In this document: piece after piece, positions 21,372 through 31,467 of the stretch | Position numbering within the stretch: position 1 is the stretch's first letter | Layout of the letters: each line of letters opens with the position of its first letter | Origin: an uncultured Acidobacteriota bacterium | GTDB lineage: Bacteria > Acidobacteriota > Terriglobia > UBA7540 | NCBI GenBank assembly: GCA_963804995.1 | Contig: CAWDSK010000006.1 | Span: 1,408,001 to 1,472,000, forward strand | Direction: 5' to 3' | Length of the DNA: 64,000 nucleotides | Made by a program: the position numbers and the translations under genes | The notes under the pieces: model-generated | Database searches by the model: none | Told to the model about the DNA's origin: nothing | Seen by the model: only the letters and a program-made list of their open reading frames with translations

Positions 21372-22649
21372 ATGAGCGAAACGAAAACGGCCCGGAACGG
21401 GGTAGAGAAGCGCTATTTCTTAACCGAACTCATCGGGGCACGCGCCTATCTGCAGGGGAAGAAGATCGGCAAGCTAACCGACGTCATCGTCGTAGACCAG
21501 GGCAAGCTGGCCGAGGTCACCCATTTCGAGATTAGTCGGCCCTTCGGTGACCCCGCGTTGCTGATACCGCAGCAAAAGGCCCGATCGCTTGGCCCTCGGG
21601 AAATCACCATCGACATCGAGGATCCACAGAGCTATGTACGGGGGCTTTTGCCCGGAGAAATCCCGCTGAGGGACTATCTCTTGGACAAAAAAGTTTTGGA
21701 CATCGAGGGCCGAGAGGTCGAAGTTGTCTACGACATTCGTTTGGCGGTAACTAGTGACAAGGTCTACGTGAGCGATGTCGACATCAGCCGTTACGGGTTG
21801 CTCCGCCAACTGGGACTGCGGGCTCTTGCCAACCGCTTATCCAAACGAAGCGGCGACGGCGAAAAAAACCTCATCCCTTGGTCCTATATCCAGCCCTTGC
21901 CGCCCCAACTGGGCGCACTACAAGGGGATCTCAGGCTCAGCATCCTGAAAGAAAGGCTCGCCGAGATTCATCCCGTGGACTTGGCCGATATCCTGGAAGA
22001 ACTCGACAGTTCCCAAAGGGCCACCATCATGGAGGGTCTGGATACCGAACACGCCTCCGACACGCTGGAGGAGGTTGAGCCGGCGGTGCAGCGTGATATT
22101 GTCCGCTCGCTGCGGAAAGATCGAGTGGCCGAACTGATCAGAGAAATGACACCCGGCCAGGCGGCCGATATTCTGTCGGTTCTTCCCTCCGATGACAAGA
22201 AAGCCATCCTAAGACTGCTCGAGCCATCCCAAGTCACGAAGATCGAAAAAATATTAGAAGAACAGGACCTCAACATTATCAGTTTCGCCTCGACTCGCTT
22301 TTTCAAGTTTCCCCCGGAAATCACCGTCGAGGAAGCCCAGGTAAAATGCCGTGAAATGGCCAAACGAATCGACGTTGTGATGTACCTCTACATCGTGGAT
22401 CCCAGCGACAAACTCCTGGGGGTGGCGGATATCAAAGACCTGTTCATGGCTGGGGACAACGAACTGCTGCGGGACCTGATGGTTGATAACGTCATCACCC
22501 TCAACCCCACGAGCACGATGAAAGAGGCCTTGAATCTGTTCACGCGATACAACTTTAAGGCTCTCCCCGTGGTCGGTGTGAACAACGCCATTCTGGGGGC
22601 TGTACCTTGCCGTGATGTGATGAACGTTAGGCACCGGGTTTTAGAGTAG
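21372..22649 (+). CDS. Soluble MgtE-like protein (PRC-barrel + MgtE N-domain + CBS pair, no TM domain)
   Basis: LLDKKVLDIEGR, HPVDLADILEEL, YLYIVD..LLGV, YNFKALPVV. Confidence 0.9.
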   Translation: MSETKTARNGVEKRYFLTELIGARAYLQGKKIGKLTDVIVVDQGKLAEVTHFEISRPFGDPALLIPQQKARSLGPREITIDIEDPQSYVRGLLPGEIPLRDYLLDKKVLDIEGREVEVVYDIRLAVTSDKVYVSDVDISRYGLLRQLGLRALANRLSKRSGDGEKNLIPWSYIQPLPPQLGALQGDLRLSILKERLAEIHPVDLADILEELDSSQRATIMEGLDTEHASDTLEEVEPAVQRDIVRSLRKDRVAELIREMTPGQAADILSVLPSDDKKAILRLLEPSQVTKIEKILEEQDLNIISFASTRFFKFPPEITVEEAQVKCREMAKRIDVVMYLYIVDPSDKLLGVADIKDLFMAGDNELLRDLMVDNVITLNPTSTMKEALNLFTRYNFKALPVVGVNNAILGAVPCRDVMNVRHRVLE

Positions 22650-22708
22650 ACAACCCCAGGGCCTGCCCGCGCCTACTCCAGCGTGCTGGAAGTGTGGAGG
22701 AGGCAATC

Positions 22709-22858
22709 ATGGGAACGCTTGCAAAGATTGTTTACCTCGGGTTTGGAGTGAGCTACATCTTGGGCTTGGCGTTGTACTTTTTAGCGCCGAGATTGCGCAA
22801 GCTTGTAAGGCGTAGTTTGACAAACCAGGATCGACACAAAGCCAACTATAACGAATGA
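22709..22858 (+). CDS. 49-aa single-TM small protein (not in ORF track)
   Basis: GGAGGAGG RBS; MGTLAKIVYLGFGVSYILGLALYFLAPRLRKLVRR... Confidence 0.55.
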   Translation: MGTLAKIVYLGFGVSYILGLALYFLAPRLRKLVRRSLTNQDRHKANYNE

Positions 22859-23089
22859 AGGGAGGGAGCGACAAGGCTCACCCTGAAATGGACGACGGCC
22901 TGCCGGCGCAGGGCGAGCGCAGCCCTGCGATCCTAATACGGTCTGATGACGTGAATCGCCCCGACTGGTCGGGGCGCCAACCGGATAACCGCTGGGCTCC
23001 GGAGACACCATTGATTCTTCCTCATAACGAGAGGAATAGGCAATAATGCAGGAGGATCAGGCTACCGCTCCGACGGCTCCTGACTCTAA

Positions 23090-24124
<1,035 letters not shown>

Positions 24125-24156
24125 TGTTTAATCACGATCCGTAGAGGTTGAGGACA

Positions 24157-24552
24157 ATGGAAATCAAACGAAGCGGTTCACAGCCTTCCGTCAAGGGTCC
24201 GTCAGAGTGGTTCACTGGCACGGTACGGATCGATCCGCTTTTTCAGGCGCCCGATCCGGCACTCGTTCAAGGCGCCAGCGTGACTTTTGAGCCGGGCGCG
24301 AGGACTGCGTGGCATACGCATCCACTCGGTCAGACTCTCATCGTTACGGCTGGCTGCGGCTGGGTCCAGCGCTGGGGAGGCCCGATTGAGGAAATTCGGC
24401 CCGGCGATGTGGTCTGGTTCCCGCCCGGAGAGAAGCACTGGCATGGGGCCACGCCGACCACGGCTATGACGCACATCGCCATTCAGGAAAAGCTCGACGG
24501 AAAGGTTGTCGACTGGATGGAACAGGTCAGTGACGAGCAATACCGGAAGTGA
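24157..24552 (+). CDS. Cupin-domain protein
   Basis: [34 protein letters not shown]. Confidence 0.93.
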   Translation: MEIKRSGSQPSVKGPSEWFTGTVRIDPLFQAPDPALVQGASVTFEPGARTAWHTHPLGQTLIVTAGCGWVQRWGGPIEEIRPGDVVWFPPGEKHWHGATPTTAMTHIAIQEKLDGKVVDWMEQVSDEQYRK

Positions 24553-24709
24553 TCGGTTCCCGCCGGCTGGCGCGTAGGGTCGGTCGTGGTGCAGTTTGAT
24601 GTAGCGGCGAGTTTACCTCGCCATGTGGCGGCGTCATGCCGCCTCGATAATGGCGGGGTAAACCCGCCGCTACGAAACAGGGGCGGGACCGGAAGTTCCA
24701 CGCCGCTGC

Positions 24710-25828
24710 TCACTTCGCGTTGCGCAGGGCTTCGTCCACAGCTTGGTAATAGCTTTCGGGGGAGTCCAGGCCCAGGACCTTCTTCCCATTGATAAAGCTG
24801 GTGGGTGTCCTGTCCACGTCCACGCGCTTGCCTTCGGCGCTATCGGCGTTTACGCGCGGCAGCGACGCCTTGGCATCAATGCACGCGGCCAGTTTCACGC
24901 GGTCGACCCCCGACTGCTCGCCGTAAGCAAGCAGCAAATCCCGGAGGTTGGTGATATTGATGGCCTGCTGGCTGCGGAAGATCGCCGAGCGCAGGGGCAC
25001 ATAGGAGGAGGGGTTCATCTGGTAGGCACACTGGCAGGCAATGGCAGCCGTCAAAGACCAGTCGTGAAAACCCACGAGGGGGAATTCCTTGAAGACCACG
25101 CGCACCTTGTTTCCGTATCGGGGCAACAATTGGGTTAACAGGAACTCGTGCAGCCGGGCGCACATGGGGCATTGCAGATCGCCGAACTCAACGATCGTCA
25201 CGGGAGCGTTCTCCGGCCCTAGCGAGGGCGCGTTGTGAAGCGAAAGGGTGTGCAAGGCTTGCTGCTGCGGATCTACTTGTAAATTGAAGATCTCGCTCAT
25301 GATCAGGTGCTTGCCATCCCGGGCGAGAAGCAGGGGCTTGGTCTGCTTAACCTTTCCGTCGTCGGCGAGAAGGGACCCTTCCCTGAAGTCAGGCGCGGGA
25401 GAGGGGTGGAAGGCTGTCACCGCAAGCTTTGTCGCGTCCGGAACCTTGAAGGCCTCCTTGACTCGTCGAACCATCTCAGAGTCTGAATTCTGATCGAGAC
25501 TCAGGACGGGGCCCACAACCACAATGAGATAATGCGAGTCCTTGGAGATGAACACCAACTGATTGCCCTTGTTCTTGCCGTCGTCCACAGCGACGTCGGC
25601 TTCATAGAAACCCGCGGTAAATGAATTGCGCGGCGGACCCAGGGTGAGCTTCGTACTATCGTGAACCCCAAAGCGTTCACGGATGTAGTGCAACACCTTG
25701 TCACGTGTGGCGTTGTCGAACGCCGGTGGGGCAGCGGATTGCCCCGCTCCGCCTACCAGCCGCGGGACTCCACCCCCCAGCGCCAGGAATAACGCCACCC
25801 ACAGGACCTTCGAAGGTTTGCCTTTCAA
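24710..25828 (-). CDS. DsbA/DsbC-like thioredoxin-fold protein with duplicated N-terminal domain
   Basis: EFGDLQCPMC; TPTSFING; paralog of 11173..12096. Confidence 0.9.
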   Translation of the reverse strand: MKGKPSKVLWVALFLALGGGVPRLVGGAGQSAAPPAFDNATRDKVLHYIRERFGVHDSTKLTLGPPRNSFTAGFYEADVAVDDGKNKGNQLVFISKDSHYLIVVVGPVLSLDQNSDSEMVRRVKEAFKVPDATKLAVTAFHPSPAPDFREGSLLADDGKVKQTKPLLLARDGKHLIMSEIFNLQVDPQQQALHTLSLHNAPSLGPENAPVTIVEFGDLQCPMCARLHEFLLTQLLPRYGNKVRVVFKEFPLVGFHDWSLTAAIACQCAYQMNPSSYVPLRSAIFRSQQAINITNLRDLLLAYGEQSGVDRVKLAACIDAKASLPRVNADSAEGKRVDVDRTPTSFINGKKVLGLDSPESYYQAVDEALRNAK

Positions 25829-26068
25829 GCGGGTCTTATCCTCCCTTGGGAACGAGTTCGCCTGCAGCCCATAGATGATTCTAGTGAATCTGGCGCGTTC
25901 ATGGCAAACGCGATTTTTCCGGGCAGACCTATACCAAGCCCGGATTTCTCGCGGCGGGCCTTGTAGCAGCGGTCTATGAGGTTTTCACACAGACTCTTCA
26001 GCCCCGCCTTACGACAGCTCGAAGAAAATGGTATGGCCTGGTGAGAAATCCCAGCTAGCGTCCGATTT

Positions 26069-26950
26069 TCATTTGCCCTTGGGTGTTTCCAAAGCCACTT
26101 TAGCGTTGGAAAATCCTGTCTCAATATCCCTGCCGCGGTGGTACAGGAAAACGTGCACAAGAAACATTAAGGTAAGAACACCCCCGAAGGTGCAGACGAT
26201 AGTCGCGCCAGTAGGCAAATCCAGCACGACTGAGAGATAAACGCCCAGTGCTGAAACCAGCGTTCCCATCGTCCACCCGATGGCCAGGCGCCGCCCAATC
26301 CGATCCGCAAACAGCATGGCGCCCACAGAGGGCACGATCAAGTAACAGAAAACCAGCAGGACGCCGGCGATGGCGACCGAAGACGTGACCACGAATCCGA
26401 ACGATGCGTAGAAGAGGAAGTCCCAGAATCGTACCGAGATGCCCTGGGCCTCGGCCCCCTTGGGATCGATGGAAATGAGCAGGAACTTCTTGCGGAAGAT
26501 GAAGTGGAATAAGCCAATGGCGGCATAGAGCGCCGCGGTCTTGGCCACTTCCGGCCCGGAGACGGCCAGGATGTTGCCCACCAGCATATCCTTCAGGTGC
26601 TCAGTTTCGCCGGTGGCTTTGCTCATGGCCAGAATCGCCGCGGCGGAGGCAACGGCATAGGCAATGCCGATGATGGCTTCCTGCGGAATGTGCGCGCGTC
26701 GCACGCGGAGGAGAGAAAAGATCGCCGCCCCCAGAAAAGTGAAAGCCAAGCTGACCCAGTAAGTTCTGCCGCCGTGCGGGTCCATGCCGAAAAGGATCGC
26801 CACCGTGGCGCCGAGCGCCGCGATCTGCGCCAGGGCGAGATCGACGAAGATAACCCCGCGCTCGACCACGTGCACGCCCAGGTAGGCGTGGATACCCGTG
26901 AGGATCAGACTGGCCAGGAACGGCATCAGCAAGAACGGAAGAATTTCCAT
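26069..26950 (-). CDS. Metal ABC transporter permease (ZnuB/ABC-3 family)
   Basis: LGVHVVERGVIFVDLALAQIAALG, QEAIIGIAY, GVLLVFCYLIVP, DLPTGATIV. Confidence 0.9.
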   Translation of the reverse strand: MEILPFLLMPFLASLILTGIHAYLGVHVVERGVIFVDLALAQIAALGATVAILFGMDPHGGRTYWVSLAFTFLGAAIFSLLRVRRAHIPQEAIIGIAYAVASAAAILAMSKATGETEHLKDMLVGNILAVSGPEVAKTAALYAAIGLFHFIFRKKFLLISIDPKGAEAQGISVRFWDFLFYASFGFVVTSSVAIAGVLLVFCYLIVPSVGAMLFADRIGRRLAIGWTMGTLVSALGVYLSVVLDLPTGATIVCTFGGVLTLMFLVHVFLYHRGRDIETGFSNAKVALETPKGK

Positions 26951-26968
26951 TCAACCTCCTTCGTCTCC

Positions 26969-27916
26969 CTAATGTATGGCAGCGACCGCTTTACTAAGCA
27001 ACGCAATATCGTAATCGAAAAGTTTGAAATAATCCGTCACTTCTTTTTCCCCGCCCACCGAGGGCAGCATGACCAGAACCTGTGCTCCCGTCTGGCTGCC
27101 AATGCTGTTCGGGGTCTTCAGGTCAAAGTAGGGCTCAACCATGATCAGCTTCACATTGTCACGCCGCATCATCCCGATCAGTTCCAGGGTGTGGCTGGGA
27201 GAGGGGGGGATGCCCGGGCGGGGTTCGACATAGCCCACCACATTCAAATCGAAGCGTTTGGCGAAGTTCGGCCAGGACTTATGATAGGAAACTACCTTCA
27301 ACCCGTGGAACGGCTTCATGGCTTCGTCCCAGACTTTTTCCTGAGTGGTAAGCCGCTGGCTGAACGCCTGGAAGCGTTGTTCGAAATAGGCAGTATCTTC
27401 GGGCCGCATCTCCGCAAGTTTCATCTGAATCCCATGCGCGATGCGGCGACCGTTCTCCGGGTCAAGCCAGTAGTGCGGGTTGCCCAACGGGTGCACATCA
27501 CCCATGGCCCGAGTGACCACCCCGGTGGGCTTCTCAAGTATTTCCGCGAAATCCGAGGCGTCCAGGTAGCCGGCCGCTCCCACCTGAATGCGCGGGTTGC
27601 CGGACTGGGTAATAAGAGGCGGCAGCCAGCCGATTTCCAGTTGCAGGCCGACCACGATCAGCAAGTCCGCCTTTCGCAGCTTCAGCAGGAAGCTGGGCTT
27701 CGCCTCCACAAAGTGGGGGTCTTGATAGCCGCGGGCAATGGATTCCACCTCAATGTGGTCGCCGCCGATCTCCGACGCGAGCGCGGCCAGGTCGCTGGTG
27801 GCCGTGACCACCTTGATCTTCGCGGCAGCTCGCGCCCGGACGGGGCAAAGCACGCCGAGCGCGATGGCCAAGCTCGAAAACAGCGCGAAACGCAAGAGCA
27901 CGTATTGTTGGTTCAT
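26969..27916 (-). CDS. Metal ABC transporter substrate-binding protein (ZnuA/TroA family)
   Basis: DPHFVE, GDVHPLGNPHYWLDP, YHKSW, EPRPGIPPSPSH. Confidence 0.92.
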   Translation of the reverse strand: MNQQYVLLRFALFSSLAIALGVLCPVRARAAAKIKVVTATSDLAALASEIGGDHIEVESIARGYQDPHFVEAKPSFLLKLRKADLLIVVGLQLEIGWLPPLITQSGNPRIQVGAAGYLDASDFAEILEKPTGVVTRAMGDVHPLGNPHYWLDPENGRRIAHGIQMKLAEMRPEDTAYFEQRFQAFSQRLTTQEKVWDEAMKPFHGLKVVSYHKSWPNFAKRFDLNVVGYVEPRPGIPPSPSHTLELIGMMRRDNVKLIMVEPYFDLKTPNSIGSQTGAQVLVMLPSVGGEKEVTDYFKLFDYDIALLSKAVAAIH

Positions 27917-27925
27917 CGGACCTCC

Positions 27926-29266
27926 TTAGAAGGGATGGGCGCCATGGGCTCCCAGGGAGAATTGGAATTGGAAAAGCAGTTCATTGGCGTCCCGGCCGTC
28001 CGCGTAGTGGCCGAAACGATACTGTCCCCGAATCTGGCTGAACTCGCTGGGCCAGTACGTGAGGATCGTGGAAAAGCCCGAGTCCGTGAGGCTGGCATTG
28101 GTTGCCCGGTCGGAGCGGTCGAATCGCCCCCCCACAAACCACCTCCTGCCGAGTTGGTAGTCCCCGGACGTATAAAACCCGAAGGCTTGCTGAACGGATC
28201 CGAGCTGGTCGCGCTCGCTCCAGATAAGCTCGCTGCGGCCAATAAAAGAGTGGTAGATGGCGCGCCGCAGCGGCTTCCAGTGTAGCGTGGCATCCATCCC
28301 ATAGAGTTGCGTCCGAAACGCGCTGCCCAGGTCGTTATGGCCCCGCGCAAAAGAGAAGCCGAGATCGAGATTGGTGTTGTCAGTGATGTCCTTATAGCTG
28401 CGCAGGTGCCCGACCAGGCTGACATTGCCCCGTTGGCTCGACTTGAAAACATCCCCGGAGTCTCCCCGGAAGACCTGTGCCGTCCCCTCCAGGAAGATGT
28501 TCTTGGGCGCAGGCAGAATGCGGGTTATGGACAGACCCGCATCGTCAATTCCATCCTCGCCACCTACCAGGTTTTCAGTTACCAGGGGTCGGTCAGTCCA
28601 GGGTAGCACATGATTGTGAAGCGTGTTGACCTTACCAAAAGCGGCGCGCATCTTGCCCACCCTGGCGACAAACCCTCCGGGGAGCGAAGTAAAGGTGAGG
28701 TAGCCTTCTTCCAGATTCACGCCTTCCTCACCAAAGGATAGGAAGAAGTCAGCGCGCGCGTACGGATTGACGATTGCCTGAAGGCCGACTTCAGACTCGT
28801 GCATTTCCAGGGCAGGCCCCCCGTGCATGGGGTTCTTGCCGACGGCACCAAGAAAATCGCCAATCACACTGATATCAGGGTTGAGGGCTTTCGCAGCAGC
28901 GCTCGCTCCCCCATAGACGGGTAATTGGCCGGGGGTTTCACCCGGTAAGAGGGGAGCCGCCGCGACGGTTTGGGGAGCTCGGGCAGGCGCTTGCGGCTCG
29001 GGGGGCGGCTGCGTGGCTGCCTCTGGCGCGGGCGGCGGAGGGGCCGCCGCAACCTCGGGGGTTGCATTAGGAATCTGCCCCACGGCCACGGGCGCTGCCG
29101 AGGTTACGGCCGCGAGGGCAGTCTTGAGCGCCTTGATTTCTTCCTCCAAAGCCCGGATGCGATCTTCATCGGCCTTCAGCCGTTCCTCTACCTTATCATT
29201 CGTCTGCGCCCCGAGGATTCCGGGCGCGAGAACTAACAACCAGACCAGAACCACAAGTTGTCGCAT
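27926..29266 (-). CDS. Outer-membrane beta-barrel (porin/TonB-receptor-like) metal uptake protein
   Basis: Signal peptide; coiled coil and Pro linker; NPDISVIGD, FGKVNTLHNH, SEFSQIRGQY; C-terminal LGAHGAHPF. Confidence 0.8.
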   Translation of the reverse strand: MRQLVVLVWLLVLAPGILGAQTNDKVEERLKADEDRIRALEEEIKALKTALAAVTSAAPVAVGQIPNATPEVAAAPPPPAPEAATQPPPEPQAPARAPQTVAAAPLLPGETPGQLPVYGGASAAAKALNPDISVIGDFLGAVGKNPMHGGPALEMHESEVGLQAIVNPYARADFFLSFGEEGVNLEEGYLTFTSLPGGFVARVGKMRAAFGKVNTLHNHVLPWTDRPLVTENLVGGEDGIDDAGLSITRILPAPKNIFLEGTAQVFRGDSGDVFKSSQRGNVSLVGHLRSYKDITDNTNLDLGFSFARGHNDLGSAFRTQLYGMDATLHWKPLRRAIYHSFIGRSELIWSERDQLGSVQQAFGFYTSGDYQLGRRWFVGGRFDRSDRATNASLTDSGFSTILTYWPSEFSQIRGQYRFGHYADGRDANELLFQFQFSLGAHGAHPF

Positions 29267-29472
29267 GGTAAGAATCCTCCTGGCCCCTTCGATTTAGGAT
29301 GATCGAGAAAGGCGAGATTCGGTGGGGCGGCGTGGAATCAGTGCCTTTCGGGCCCTGTGCATCACTCACTTTCTGATGCCTGCAAGCTAGCACGAGCCCG
29401 GCGTTTCGTTTAAACAATTTTCGCGAGCTGGAGCAGTCGCATGATTTCAGATCGAGAGCGTCAATTGATTCC

Positions 29473-30777
29473 TTATGGCAAGTTCCTTGTCCCTACGGCT
29501 TCCTTCAATTGCACGAGAGAGAGCAGGTAGTTCGCCAGCGCCTGGCGATAGGCAAGCTGGATGGCGCGGAAGCTGCGCTCCGCATCAAGAAAGTCGAGCA
29601 GGCTGGCCGCGCCGCGCTGGTAGGCGTATTCGCTGATGTCGCGCGAGTCTTTGGCCTGTTGCAGGTATCCCGAAGTGTAAAGCTGAACGATCTGGTCGTT
29701 GGTCTTCAGCCCCTGATAGGCGTTTTCAACATCCGTCAGCACAATTTCGGAAGCGGCGGTCTGGAGCTCCTGCGCCCCCGTAATGGCGTAATGGGTGCGG
29801 GCAATCTCGCCCTGGTTACGATCGAAAATGGGAATCTCGATATTCATGGCGAAGCTGGCGCTATTCATGGCAGTAACATGAGAATAGTCAACGGTGGTGG
29901 TCAGGTTCCGCTTGCCGTTGGCCTTCGCCAAATCGTACTGGCTTTTAGCCGCCGTTACACCCTGCTGAGCGGCTAGAAGGTCAGGGCGCTGTTTGAGCGC
30001 CAAGGATTGCAGGTCTTCCTGATTGCCGTGCACGGGAGTGTAGGTGAGTTCGCCGATGACTTCAAAATCGGCCGGAACCGATTCGAAGCCCAGGAGCTGC
30101 CGGAGGCCGGCGCGTGCCTGCACCAGGGCAATTTGCGCCGCGGAAACGTCGGTTTGAAATTGCAACAACTGCAACTTGATTTTCAGCAGGTCGGCTTCAC
30201 TGATCGCCCCGGCTTTGTACCGCGTGTCACTCAGTTTGACTGTCTGCACAAAGCTTGCCAGGTCCTGTTTAGCAAACTCCAGGTTCGACATAGCCAGAAG
30301 AATGGTGACAAACTGCTGCGCCACGTTGAAGGTCAAGCCCCGCTCCGTGTCCTTCACCTGGGAGCGGGTGACGGCGGTTGCGTCGTGCGCAGCCTGGATG
30401 CGGGCTTGACGCTTGTGACCGCGTTCAAAGGTATAGCTGAGGCCCAGGTCAAACTCCGAGATGTTGTCGAGCGTGGAGCCGGTAAGCTGGCTGGGGCTGA
30501 AGAGGGGGATGAATAAGTCGTCGTAGGTGAACACCGGGTTGGGGCGAATGGCCGCCGTGATCTCCTCCGCCTCGCTCTGCTGAATCTGGTTCTCCGCCGC
30601 CTTCAAAGCGTGATTATGCTTGATGGCAAGCTGGATGGCCTGCTCGATATCGATGCGGGACACCGGCGGAGCCTTTTGCGCGCTTGCTGCGCCGATCCCG
30701 GTAGCCAACAAAAGGACCACGGGCATCAAGAATCCCAAACGCTTCAGAGTGGAGAAAATGCCATTGACGTTCATCAT
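29473..30777 (-). CDS. TolC/CzcC-family outer membrane factor
   Basis: IPIFDRNQGEI, AYQRGAASLLDFLDAER, RPDLLAA. Confidence 0.92.
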   Translation of the reverse strand: MMNVNGIFSTLKRLGFLMPVVLLLATGIGAASAQKAPPVSRIDIEQAIQLAIKHNHALKAAENQIQQSEAEEITAAIRPNPVFTYDDLFIPLFSPSQLTGSTLDNISEFDLGLSYTFERGHKRQARIQAAHDATAVTRSQVKDTERGLTFNVAQQFVTILLAMSNLEFAKQDLASFVQTVKLSDTRYKAGAISEADLLKIKLQLLQFQTDVSAAQIALVQARAGLRQLLGFESVPADFEVIGELTYTPVHGNQEDLQSLALKQRPDLLAAQQGVTAAKSQYDLAKANGKRNLTTTVDYSHVTAMNSASFAMNIEIPIFDRNQGEIARTHYAITGAQELQTAASEIVLTDVENAYQGLKTNDQIVQLYTSGYLQQAKDSRDISEYAYQRGAASLLDFLDAERSFRAIQLAYRQALANYLLSLVQLKEAVGTRNLP

Positions 30778-30875
30778 TACGGAGCCACCACAGTCAAGGT
30801 TTTGGTAGGCAAAGCCAACCAGCTACAGGTCTCTAGGGAACCTAGGATTCATTCGTGGAAATAGGGAAGGAAGTC

Positions 30876-31223
30876 TTAGATGAGGGGTGGAGCTCGACCG
30901 AATCTGATGGCCGGCTGCAACGAGCGGTAGAATCGGTGGTTCAGGCTGGGAGGCAGGGGAACCGAAGCCGCCGGCTGAAAAACCACCACGTCCGTGGCGG
31001 GTTGAACGGCGCTCTGGCGAACAATCTGGCACGCCGTGCAGGGTAGGCCGTTCTCCCCCGTGGGCAACTGCTGAACCTGCGCCTGCACCGACGGGGTGTG
31101 CCCCAGCGTCAGCATCTCACCATGGTGATGCAGCATGGTCACGCCAAAGAGGTGAACCTGCAACAGCACCAGCGCGTAAGGCGTGACAATCCGATTGACT
31201 CGGTGAATCAGACCACTTGCCAC
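30876..31223 (-). CDS. DUF2946/CruR-like upstream ORF (HHH, CTAC, C-terminal RAPP)
   Basis: Hydrophobic N-terminal segment, LHHH, CTACQ, Pro-rich linker, GRAPPLI-stop; first gene of the metal operon. Confidence 0.75.
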   Translation of the reverse strand: MASGLIHRVNRIVTPYALVLLQVHLFGVTMLHHHGEMLTLGHTPSVQAQVQQLPTGENGLPCTACQIVRQSAVQPATDVVVFQPAASVPLPPSLNHRFYRSLQPAIRFGRAPPLI

Positions 31224-31467
31224 AATAATTATTCTACTGGAATCCTAATCCCAGCGTGGGCAAATCTTCCCCGGCCCAGCGGCCGAAGAAGTTCAAATTT
31301 GCTCCAGCGATCCTCGACCCGACGAGCGGGTTCATTTGCTATATGTAGTTATACATCTTATGTGGACGTTTTTTCAACCACTTAAGTTACAACCGGGCGT
31401 CCGCTCGACGGGGGCCGTGGTCGCCCGTGGCCTGCCGAGCCGGAGTTCTGGCCAGGGACTACTCCCC

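Noticed and set aside
25980..26000. Complete IS/MITE at GTTTTCACACAGACTCT
   Set aside because: Looks like a single IS1182-type end; no matching partner end identified
26597..28285. 562-aa plus-strand ORF (and similar long antisense ORFs such as 35424..36344 and 47108..48121)
   Set aside because: GC-rich antisense shadows of well-supported genes
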